Below are positions 12,901 through 23,851 of a DNA stretch of 38,972 nucleotides, piece after piece. The notes beneath the pieces are model-generated. The model had not been told where the DNA came from, did no database searches, and saw only the letters and a program-made list of their open reading frames with translations. The stretch is from Neolecta irregularis DAH-3 (taxonomy: Eukaryota): contig LXFE01000168.1 of the NCBI GenBank assembly GCA_001929475.1, positions 1 to 38,972 of the forward strand. The letters run 5' to 3'. A program made the position numbers and the translations under genes. The first letter of the stretch is position 1. Each line of letters begins with the position of its first letter.

Positions 12901-14772
12901 CTATAATTTTCTGCTTTGTGCTTGCTCTATGTGATTATTTCCCAATTTTACGGTTCGATTTATGTTTTCGTTTAAAAATCCCGTAATCTGTGCCTTGGTC
13001 AGCCGTTGCCTTTGCTTCATGGGTCTTTCTTTGATCTCTAACACCTTCGTATATATATTTAGCAGAAATTCTCGTCGCTCGTCGTTTTTATTAGTCTCTC
13101 GAATCATCTGTCGAATCGCTCCCTCGGAAGATTTACCAATATCGCCATCAATATCCACGATTGCACCAAGACATTCAGGAATACGCGTAAACTTTCCAAG
13201 AACATAGTATCCCCACATGAGCGTGTTCCAAATTTCCACGTTCTTATTCTCGCAGTCTTCCAGAATTTCAACTGCCTTGATAGGTCTTCTACGGCAAATC
13301 AATCTTGAGGCAAGGCATGCTATTGCATAAGGATCCATTGCAATATTTCTCTCTTTTAGATATGATACTATAACCTCCAATTGTTGTATATTTTCGGAAT
13401 ATTTAATGAAGCTAGTCAGGACGACAATCCCGACTGTTTGGGACTTCTCGTATATTTCAAAGACACGGTTTGCGAGATTATGATATTTGCTTTTGAGAGC
13501 ATAATGGATCAGAGTGCTGCATTGTTGAGCATTAGGTAGATAGCCAGTATCGATTTGTTTATTAAATTCCTCAAAAGCAAGGTCCAGTTGCCCTGCTTGC
13601 GCCATATTCCGGCAGTCGAGAAGATGACCACAGGAGTCCCTTGTTAATCTTGTCGGTGGAGAGCTTTGATTTGCGTCTAGTCGTGCTTTTCTGTGAATGT
13701 TATTGGCTATCCTAGAGAGTAGGGATGGGTTAAGATACGACTGAATCCGATTTAAATGGGCGAGATGAATATGTGCATAGGATTTTATTTGAGGATCGGT
13801 ACGGTTGAAGTAGAGTAGAAAATATCTGTATGTATCTCTGTCCGGTTTTAGATTTCGCTTCTTAAGTTCTTCGAAGAGCGTATGGACTTTTGACAAATGG
13901 TTTCCGAGCAGAATCTTGTTAAGAACGAGGTTGAACGTGGTCATTGTAAATACTATCTTATCGTCAATCATAATCTCTGTTAGCCGTCGAAACAGAAAAT
14001 CATCATTGTTCAAAATCGCGAAGTTTAAAAGTGGATGATATGTAAGTTCGTCCCGTTTAACTCTGGCTGATCGCATATCACGGAGGAAGATTAATGCGCT
14101 TGAGATTCCACGTAATCGTAACTCGTGTCGAATTAAGAGATTATATGTCACGATGTCCGGTGAAATCCCCTTCTCTTCGCTATCCTTTCCACTCTTTTTC
14201 GCATTCTCGAAATCCTCGGAGCCAGTATACGCTTCCAAAAGGATGTTGTATGACCATCGATCCGGTTCAATTTTTTGAAGTTTCATCATCTCCCATACTT
14301 CTTCCATTCCTTGAATATTGCTTCCATATCTCTTCTGCCCGACTTTCAACAACGTGTTGTAAGTAATGATATCGGGCTTTGTATGTGGGAACTTCTTCAT
14401 CGTCTCTAAAATCGCCATGGCCGAAATGAAGTCTTGATTGCGAATGTATAATTCGACGAGTAAAGTCAATATATATGTATTTGGAGGAATTTTATTTTTC
14501 AGCCGTCGAAACTCCTCAATAAAAAGGGTTTTTAGATCAAGTTCGAGCATCGCTTCTAGGGCGAGGCCCCAAGTCGAAGAAAAAAGAGTATTTGATAGGT
14601 GCGTTAGCTTGGAGTAGTATTCAATGACTTTGTGATATTGTTTCTGCTGGCGGCATTCCTTCATGAGATTGATCAATTGTGTAGTTAATGCCGGGTCATG
14701 GTTTTTCTTCGCTCGCCTCGCCCTGGAACTAATGTTTCTGAGCTGCAGAACTCGCAAAATAGCCCTAGACAT
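12901..14772 (-). CDS. Pentatricopeptide repeat (PPR) protein, probably mitochondrial RNA-binding
   Basis: Intronless 623-aa ORF with tandem 35-aa PPR motifs (PDIITYNTLL, PDRWSYNILL, PDIVTYNLLI, RDELTYHPLL, PDRDTY) and an Arg-rich presequence. Confidence 0.88.
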   Translation of the reverse strand: MSRAILRVLQLRNISSRARRAKKNHDPALTTQLINLMKECRQQKQYHKVIEYYSKLTHLSNTLFSSTWGLALEAMLELDLKTLFIEEFRRLKNKIPPNTYILTLLVELYIRNQDFISAMAILETMKKFPHTKPDIITYNTLLKVGQKRYGSNIQGMEEVWEMMKLQKIEPDRWSYNILLEAYTGSEDFENAKKSGKDSEEKGISPDIVTYNLLIRHELRLRGISSALIFLRDMRSARVKRDELTYHPLLNFAILNNDDFLFRRLTEIMIDDKIVFTMTTFNLVLNKILLGNHLSKVHTLFEELKKRNLKPDRDTYRYFLLYFNRTDPQIKSYAHIHLAHLNRIQSYLNPSLLSRIANNIHRKARLDANQSSPPTRLTRDSCGHLLDCRNMAQAGQLDLAFEEFNKQIDTGYLPNAQQCSTLIHYALKSKYHNLANRVFEIYEKSQTVGIVVLTSFIKYSENIQQLEVIVSYLKERNIAMDPYAIACLASRLICRRRPIKAVEILEDCENKNVEIWNTLMWGYYVLGKFTRIPECLGAIVDIDGDIGKSSEGAIRQMIRETNKNDERREFLLNIYTKVLEIKERPMKQRQRLTKAQITGFLNENINRTVKLGNNHIEQAQSRKL

Positions 14773-15041
14773 GCCTGGTCCAACATAACATTCGCAAGTT
14801 ATCTTTGTTTTAGCTCGGAAGTGTTTTCTTTTTTTTCTTTAATTTATTTTTGGATTTAGTGGTTTAATGCAAGACTCCTTTGCGGAGTTTGAACCTGTAG
14901 TAGAATTTCAGAGTTCTGTTTCAAAAAGGTTGGCTACACTTCCACACTAGGTATATCCGATTCCTGTACCACTCGCAATGATTCAATCGAGCCAGCAGTA
15001 ATTCTAAAAGCGAGGGAAGAAATTAATTACTGACTTCGGAA

Positions 15042-16476
15042 ATGCCTTATAATATTGCGTATGATTGCCTTTTTTTATATACCTAATACATCCTACAGAA
15101 TGGTGTCCGACTTCTTCTATCCAGAACCTGGCGGAGTAGAATCGCATATTTATCAGCTTTCACAGCGCCTCATTGATCTCGGTCATCGTGTAATCGTGAT
15201 AACACACGCATATGGAAATCGAACTGGGATTCGCTACCTAACAAATGGGCTAAAAGTATTCTACATCCCTTTCCTGGTGATATATCGCCAAGCAACTTTT
15301 CCAACAGTGTTTTCTGTGTTTCCTGTTCTCAGAGATATTGTCAAGCGGGAACGAATACAGATTGTACATGGGCATGCAAGCATGAGTAGTTTGTGCCATG
15401 AAGCAATATTACATGCTCGAACCATGGGTCTCAGGACCTGTTTCACCGACCATAGTCTCTTTGGCTTCGCGGATGTGGGAAGCATCCTCACAAATAAATT
15501 GCTTAAATTTACCATGAGTGATGTGGATCATATTATTTGTGTCTCGCATACGTGGTAAATGGTTGTTGATTAAATAATTGCTGACTCCCAAGTAAAGAGA
15601 ATACGGTATTGAGAGCGGCTTTGGATCCCTCTACTGTCAGCGTGATTCCTAATGCTGTTATTGCCGATAATTTTCGGCCCGATCCATCAAGGGCCTCAAA
15701 AGATCATTGTAATTGCTTCATTATGTCTTTTAGACTTACGTCAAGTAACTATAGTCGTAATATCTCGTTTATTCTATAACAAAGGAACGGATCTTCTAGT
15801 TGCCCTAATTCCTCGAATATGTACAACACATCCAACTGCTCGGTTTATTATCGCCGGAGCTGGCCCAAAAGCCATTGATCTAGAGCAAATGCGAGAAAAA
15901 TACATGCTTCAAGATCGAGTGGAGATGCTAGGGAGTATACGTCACGAAGAAGTTCGAGACGTATTTCCCTTCTTTTTCTTTTCGTTAATTTGTAGGTCAT
16001 GACACGAGGTCAGATATATCTTCACCCAAGCTTAACCGAAGCTTTCGGAACAGTCATTGTAGAAGCTGCTTCTTGTGGTCTCTACGTAGTGTGTACACGT
16101 GTAGGGGGTGTTCCCGAAGTTCTCCCATCTCACATGACTGTCTTTGCTCGTCCTGAAGAAGATGGTATGTTTGCGCGTTCGCTGTCATCTGATATTAGAT
16201 CTCGTAGCAGCGCTAACAAGAGCAATTCATGCCATTGAGATAAAATCTGTTTCACCGAGTACGTTTCACTCTCAAATTCGTAAAATGTATTCCTGGAAAA
16301 ATGTCGCTCTGCGGACTGAGATGGTTTACAACAAAGTCATGAAAATGGAGAAAGTATGCTTTGCAGGCAGATTGAAGCGGTATTATGGTTGTGGAACATG
16401 GGCTGGTAAACTCTTTTGCGCTTGTGTTGCTGTTGATTATCTTCTTGAAGCGGCGTTGGGTTGGGTTATGGATTGA
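15042..16476 (+). CDS. SPT14: GPI-GlcNAc transferase catalytic subunit (PIG-A), multi-exon
   Basis: [96 protein letters not shown] and [11 protein letters not shown]. Confidence 0.95.
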
Positions 16477-17522
16477 TTTCAAAATCTAGGTAGGGTCTTC
16501 CAATGAAATATTCTTCACATTTTGAACACTGAAATCTGTCTGGAATCTATAAGATAGCAGAGAACCAATCTCTTCTATACCAATAATATGATGTGAACCT
16601 TTCAAATTGATCTCGAGAAATGTATACTTGGTACAGATTGATAACTATGTAATACAACTTCGAAAGATCCATATACATGTAATCGTCGACCTTCACGTAG
16701 TCCGATTAATACATTTTTCTCCACACGACGATGTCTTTAAATTGGCAGATATTTTTCGAATGACCATTTTGCATTTTCATTTGCAATATTTGAACGCTTA
16801 AAAACTCTGGATTTTTCCCTTTAACCAGCCTCATTTGAATGAAACTGGAGACAGGACAGGACAAAAAGCTAGTTCAGGCGGGGTAAAGGGTAATTCGAGG
16901 TACAGATAGGACGATTCCGAGGTTCCCGGGATATACTGTGGCAGAGGAGAGTACATACCCATAAACCTACAGCAGGGAAGTGCATTCTGCTGATCACCAG
17001 GCAAATGGGCGTAAGTACCTGGCCTTCAAAAGTTTGTGGCGGGAGCACCTAGCTTTCAAAAACGAGCTCAACCTCCTCTCCCTGCTACAGTTCACCCATC
17101 CCCATGCGCTATGCTATCGCTACTGATGACCGATTTGTTTCGTAGTATGATCTCATATTGAGCCTCGCTATATATCGCATCAGGGGGCACTTTTGCGCCT
17201 TGTTCTGTATGTTTGTGGCAAATCTGGCTCAAAGTGGCACTGTGCTAGAATTGCATCCCGACATGGCCTTAAACTGCAAACAGGCCCGGCAGTAACTTCC
17301 TGGTAGAATCAAGGGACGCCAGGCCCTGCAGGAATGCGATACTCTGCACAGAGAGCCGCAAGGAGGCGCCACCCACATTTCACGCAGAGCGTGTTTTTGC
17401 AACTGCAGGACGGGCATTGTTTCGTCTGCGCGTCTATAAAAAGGGCTCTGTAAGGTTGTCCATCCATCCTACTCGTTCCGCTCGTTACATCTCACACTCG
17501 CTGCCTGTCTCTGTTTTTGGTC

Positions 17523-18275
17523 ATGTATAAGTATATTGCCCTCGCTTCTCTAGCCACGCTCGCCGCGGCCGCCACTGTCCCAAGCATGCTCAATGTCAAT
17601 GGACTGCAGCTCCAGTTCTCACAGGACCAGACTGTTAGCATTGTCGGCGGAAACACAAACGTCACTACTGTCACTGGCATTGTCATCGGGCAGCCATTCA
17701 ACTTCTCCTGTGTTGGCGGAAATTGTGGTCTCTGTACTTGCCACGATATAACTGTTGCGACCCCGATCTTCACTGCCACCCTTCTCTCGCCCAATAGTAT
17801 CACTGTCTCTCCTTTGAACGCTGCTGCTACTGCCCAGGCCAGTGCCATGTAACCTCCTCGCTTACCTCAATATTGTTAACCTTACAGGGCTTCAGCTAGT
17901 GCTAGCGCAGCTTCGTCGGGCTTGGGTTCATCATCTGCTGCCGCCGCCGCTGCTGCTGCAGCGAATGGCAATAGCGCATCAAGTGCCGCTGCTGCTGCCG
18001 CTGCTGCTGCGAATGGAAATAGCGCGTCAAGTGCTTCAGCCGCCGCCGCCGCCGCTGCTGCTGCTGCTGCTGCGAATGTTGCAGCATCTCCTGTTACTGC
18101 AAATGCCGCTGCCAATCCCGGTACAATTGCCGCTCCAAATCCTGGTACAAATGCCGCTGCTAGCGCTTCGACAGGAAAGAATGGGACCACAGTTTTCGTT
18201 GGAGCATCTGACAAACTATTTGCCAGCTCTGCCTATGGATTGGTTGCTCTTGGTGTAGTTATGGTCTTGGTTTAA
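17523..18275 (+). CDS. Secreted Ala-rich, probably GPI-anchored surface protein, 1 intron
   Basis: Signal peptide MYKYIALASLATLAAAA and a Cys domain (FSCVGGNCGLCTC). Intron GTAACC...TTAACCTTACAG (17849-17888) joins in frame to (A)n-NGNSASS repeats and a hydrophobic C-terminus. TATAAAA at about 17435. Confidence 0.8.
17935..18075 (+). repeat. GCN trinucleotide poly-Ala tracts in about 48-bp repeat units
   Basis: (GCC/GCT)n runs separated by GCGAATGGCAATAGCGCATCAAGT-like spacers. Confidence 0.85.
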
Positions 18276-18626
18276 GGAGAAGCGAAGCATCATGGCTGTA
18301 AAGTAATTAATTTAATTAAGCTTTAGTGTAGGATTCTTGGCGAGGAATTAGGAAAGGTTCTTTTCAATAAAAATTGTCGCAGATGGTAATTCTTTATTAA
18401 TACACCCAGCGCAATCTTCTACCTAAATCATTGCGTGTCTCATGCCATCTGCGCCTTTGCCCGTGCTGTTCTAGGTTCAAATTCAAATTCCTCTCGCTTG
18501 ACTCAAATTAACTCCCGAATGGTACAACAGATATAATGCAATGTGTACATCCCACACCTAGTGCAAACCAAAACGACGGCTCGCTGCTGAACAACGTATC
18601 CCACACAAAGTTCAAAACTTCGAACC

Positions 18627-19741
18627 TCAAAATTCAATTTCCCTTGCCCTCAGGCCTGTTATTGGTTTATTTTTCGTCTCTGTGTTGACATCGCCATCCA
18701 CCACTATTTTTCCAAGACCTTCTAGTAGCATGCAACTCTTACAGATTTTTCCTGAACTGGCATATCCGCATCTTTCACATTTCCCAAGCACTTGGTATCT
18801 TCTTTCTTCTTTTATTCGCATACTTTCTCCTGATCTAATGATATCGATGATTGCGCTCGGACGAATGGCTTCAAGATCTTTAATTAGAATCCGGGCAGTC
18901 CCACGGAAGGCTTCCGGTGAATATATACACTCTGTTGAGAAATAGTCAAGTTTTTTATGGTAGGCATACATCACGATCTCTTTCTCATAGGTAAACTTGA
19001 ACGGTTTCGAGCGCGGTAAAGATCCAGATGTAGATAGCTCTGTACAGCGATGAAGTCGTGATGCATCTCCTCTTAGCACTATAATTTAATATAAATCTGG
19101 TGAGAGAGAGATACGATTCATGAGAATAGTCTCCGCTATATCATCTGCATTGTGGCCTGTCAGTATTTGACTGCATCCAAGCATTTCTGCTGCCCGATCC
19201 AAAGCTTGCCGACGAAATACCCCGCAATATGTACCTTTTCATCATAAAAATGAAAGAATAGTGGATAGCTTTACAATTATTTTTCTTCCCGATTTTGGCT
19301 ACGATATCATCCATGCTCCATCCATACAGGTCTTTATATGATACTATTGTGAGAGGCAAATCGTATTGTATCTGGTTTCGCTTGACTGTCTTGTTGTCAG
19401 AAAATCGCTATAAATCTGATCCATACCTCCAAGGAATCATCGCGATATCCCTTGATTCCTTCATCGACACTAATCAACACCAATTCCACGCCGTAATTAT
19501 ATTTATCGTTCAGTTTTTTCATCACATATGCCAACACTGTGGAATCCTTTCCTCCGCTAGCGCCCATGCCGATCTTCTCGTCGCGTTGAAAAAGGTTTGA
19601 AGTTTTGATAGTATTGTGGATTTCAGTCTCGAATACGTGATAAAAACATTCCTTGCATAGCTTCTGAGAGGTCTTTGGACGCTTGAGTAAGGCGCGCCGT
19701 TTGTCGCATAGCTGACAAGGGTTTTTGATCGATGCTGACAT
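18627..19741 (-). CDS. NCS6: Cytoplasmic tRNA 2-thiolation protein 1, multi-exon
   Basis: CQLC...LCKECF zinc finger, PP-loop [70 protein letters not shown] and CERCGY...CKSC. Confidence 0.95.
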
Positions 19742-19959
19742 GGAAGAATTTGACAGGGTCGGATAGAGCATGTCTCATTGATAGCCACTCTAGAGTTCCG
19801 TAGACATCGAGGGTTTTCAATTTACAAGTGCATATTAAATCTATAACATTGCAATATCTTTTGGTTGTATCAATCTAGTCTTTTCTCATATTGCTGCATC
19901 CTCTGTCTCTGAGATCCTCTCACTATGATATAATAACCTTGACTCTGACAAAGCCTCAA

Positions 19960-20146
19960 TGTAAGAATGTACCCTTCGGGTACACCTTACCAATACGGCA
20001 AGAGGCGTAGAATCATCTTGCGGCCTTTATGGCCGGATATAAACTTGTTGTAATTAGAATACTTAGCCCAAGATAAAACACTTAGGCTAGTACTATAAAA
20101 CCTGGTCTTATTTTTACTTCGGAGTACCAAAACCTAAACTCAAGCC
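19960..20146 (-). mobile_element. Solo-LTR-like repeat, copy 2 (inverted relative to 1634-1840, far end degraded)
   Basis: Reverse complement ends CCGTATTGGTAAGGTGTACCCGAAGGGTACATTCTTACA versus copy 1 CTGTATTGGTAATGTATACCGATTGGGTATATCCTTACA; also shares AAATAAGACCAGG. Confidence 0.65.
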
Positions 20147-20951
20147 GTGTTGGCAATATAACAAGGTAACAATATTATTGCAATACAAAGAAGTCCATAT
20201 TATATCATCTAATAAAAATTAATATTGCATGTTGCCAATATGCAATATATCACCAAAAAGGCCCTGAATCCAACATTCATTCTTTTATTCAGAACCATAA
20301 ATATTAGTATCTTGCAGCCATCCCTTCATTCCTAACCATGACTTCAAACACTCTACAGCTTGGATATGTGATAGACGTGTTCAAAGACATCATTTACATC
20401 ATCATCAAGATATAGATGGCTGAATCAAGTTATTTTTCTCTCTGATTCATTTGGTTTCAATTGACTTTGATCTTGTATTTTTTCTATTTTACTATCGCAA
20501 TACAACGAATCGGCCTTATAACTAACTCAACACCCGTGTACGCCATATTCGTTATAACCAGGTTCTACTGTAAAAATCTGCCAATCTGCCACTTTCAGAT
20601 TCATTAAAACATATCTGAAACATGGCTCCTCGCGGTAACAGAAGACACGCTTTCAAATCTGCTCAAGATTCCTTTCTATGGAATTCATGGGAATGAACAT
20701 TACTGGTCTTTCAAGATGACGAGTAAGCAAATTAGACCAAAATATTATCCTCTTCCCTTATGCTTTCATATATTCCTTTCCACACTCTAATCCTTCTGCA
20801 TAGTATCATTGTGGAAATGCTTTATTGAACTGTCTCAAACAGATGTAAAATTTTCATTTTGATAGATTAAAGACACTTCTTAATCTCAGATATTTTTTTC
20901 ACTTTCAAGATAAAAGCAGTGTTACCACGTAGTAACAATATACCCCATAAC

Positions 20952-22724
20952 ATGCAGCTGTATTCCTTCGTCTTGACTGTGGTGTCTGTTGCCTATGCTA
21001 TTAGATCAATATATCACCCAAATCGAATCGATATGGAACTGCCACCAACAAGATCGCTATCTTGGTGGAGACCAATTGAGCTTCCACTCGATACCGATAT
21101 CGCGGATAAGGAAACGATAATAGCCTCACGAGATTTTGAGTTCAAGATTGCTATGCCGTACATTGAAGTTGAAGATTGGACAAGCCAGTATTTGGGAAAC
21201 ATGGGTATCGCATGTACAGAATTTTGTGAGAAACACAAAGCACTTGGAGCGCGTCTCGCTCCCAAATATTCTTCATCGTGGCTGACTACACGAAATGCAG
21301 TCAAATGCGATTGTTTTGCCGAAAGGATCGAGTCTCTTTTGTTGACCGAATTCACTCCCATATTACCAGAAGCGTCAAGTCAAGCATGGAACGACCTAGA
21401 CTTTGAAACAGTGACCAGAATGGGACATGGATATTATGCCAGGTTCTTTGACACAGTCATGAATTTGCTGATGTTTCAGAAGAATTCACCCTTACAGTGG
21501 GCTGAAATCTGTTGATAGGGTTTTTCAAGAGTTAACGACTGGGGAGGAGATTGATCAACTTTCCGCTCAGTCAATCTATCCGCAATGGTCTCCACTTGAT
21601 GCCCTTTCGCATCTACAAAGCCTTCAGAAAGCACTTCAATACGTTAAGAAACAGGATATCACAGAGGAGCCCCTTTTAGCTTGGCTCTTGAAATTGAAGA
21701 CGGCCATAAAGCTTAATTGTCTTTCTCACGATTTGATCCAAGAATTTCAAAGGTCTCTTGTGTTTGCGCTCGACCTGGAAGCAAAATCTTCGACCAACAT
21801 AGATGTGCCTGCTGTTGTAGTTTTGTTTAAGGATACTAAAGGTCGCTTCAGGAAAGCCTGCCCTTCAGTATCACACCTTCTACGATCACAAGTCATTACA
21901 AGCCTGATACCACTCACGATAGAAACCACTGACATTTTGCACTGGGTTGTTATGTCTTATTCAAAATCCTTGCAACCTGCCATAGGGAGTGAAAACGAGC
22001 GCGTTTTTGTCCAGGAAATTGTATCGACGTGCGGCATTCCACCGAATATCGAAAATGACATGCACGAGAAGATTGGTTATCAATTCAGTATAAATAGAAT
22101 GGATTTCTACAGACCTATGGAATTCAGGTCGCATTCTTTTAAAGATGCAAACACCTCTGATGAAGCGGCAGTTATCGCAGTAGATACATGGATACGAATG
22201 ATCTTTCAAACGCCGCTTGCTACATTCGGCCCATATGACAGAAGTAATATCGAAATGTATGGGTAAGGATCTGCAAGTGTTTATTTATACTAATTATAGG
22301 TATTCTGCCCCATACGAATTCACGTTCAAGCTTGTCATCTGGACCCTCTGTTTGCGTTTCAATATCGATCCAATGGTTTTATTTGAAAATTTACTTCCGT
22401 TGCATGTTGAAAAGACATTTGAAAGGATTGTAAGTGAGTATTTCGACACTACTGGGACAAAACAAACATTTGTGAGCAGGCCATAATTACTTCTAGGCCT
22501 AGTTTAGTATCTGTAGAATATCACAAAATAATCTTAAAGTTTTGTTTTATCTACCTGTTATCTCGATGATGCAACCAAAAATAAACTATTTCGACGACGT
22601 CATGGACTGTGTGAAGATGTATCTGTGGAGACTCTATATTCTCCACCTTGAGGCACAGGGATATTATATTAAATCACCTCTTAAACAGAAAACAGAGATT
22701 ACGAAGGTAGGTAAAACTCGATAA
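20952..22724 (+). CDS. Orphan secreted protein of roughly 550 aa, multi-exon (3' end uncertain)
   Basis: Signal peptide MQLYSFVLTVVSVAYA. Intron 21443-21479 (GTTCTT...CTGATGTTTCAG) joins ORF 20919.. in frame to ORF 21688... Intron 22263-22299 (GTAAGG...TACTAAT.ATAG) joins the next exon. No family recognised. Confidence 0.6.
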
Positions 22725-23851
22725 CTGAAGATATCAAAGAGAAAGATGATCCGTGACACTAATGAAGCTCTGACGAGGCAACGGGTATGATATGACGATC
22801 TATGAAATTATAGCAAGCACAATGCCTCACAAGCTCACCCTCACTGTTATGGGCAAGTGGGAGACCACAGCAATCATATTGTCTACATTAAACTTTGAAG
22901 AACATTTTTACTTATTATATATAATGCCGGTTTAAATCTACAAATTAATATAGATAACCCGAAATGCTGTTTATTTTCTATAGATGATCGGCAATAAATG
23001 CGTCGAGAAAGCCGTGAGGTTGCTGGATACAACATAAAGTTCGGTAAGCCTAAGATGGACGACTGAAGTAGACTGTGTTCTATTACTTCTTTCTGCTGAA
23101 TATTACACTACTAGAAGGACAACGAGAATAACTAGAAGTGAATCTAATGATTCAGTCACGCTTTGTCCATTCTTGAACAGGAATTTCTAGCCATCTGATA
23201 TGGAATGATTACCGAAGATGGGCAATTTCCTGATCATGGACTTTCACTGCTTTAATATGCACCTCGATATGATTTTTCTCTTCCCGTTCGCTGTTTGATT
23301 TGAGGGTCATGGTGTTTTTGATTTGAATACCCCCAGTGGCTTGAGATAAATTGCCTGTTCCCGCTTACAGGGTCTGCCCTAGAAAATTTCTGGGCATCAT
23401 TGAATCTTTTATTGAATCTTTTGTCAGAGACATACCACTTATCATAGTGGTAGGAAGCTGAAGTTGGTTACTAGTTACCGAAGCGGCGCCTGGCGCAGCC
23501 AGGGTCTCAATTGCAGGGTTCGAAAGTGAGGTCAAAGATTGGTTAGCCTGACATGAAACAGGTGCGTACTAATGACTACATCTCTGGCCGAACTACTCGA
23601 CAAGTCAAGAATAGAAGTCCTCACAAGAGCATTGAAGTCTAAACAGCTGTTCGAAAGCCGATGCATATACACTCGAATTATATCCTCCACGCTCAACCAA
23701 ATAACAAAATCTTCCAAAGCTAATACTATCAGAAGAGGTGAAAATAACAAAGAAAAAAAAGTCTCGAGTATATGCGAATCATAGGGGATAAAAAGAGACT
23801 GATGCCTACCTGTACAAAAAGAGAAATGCCATGCCGTAATACAAAGTGTCT

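Noticed and set aside
16380..16476. SPT14 ends directly after its TM helix
   Set aside because: The catalytic domain is complete and the lumenal tail is variable; not evidence of a pseudogene.
23485..23530. tRNA-like A-box (TGGCGCAGCCAGG) and B-box (GGTTCGAA) words
   Set aside because: Spacing is too short and no cloverleaf or acceptor stem can be drawn.
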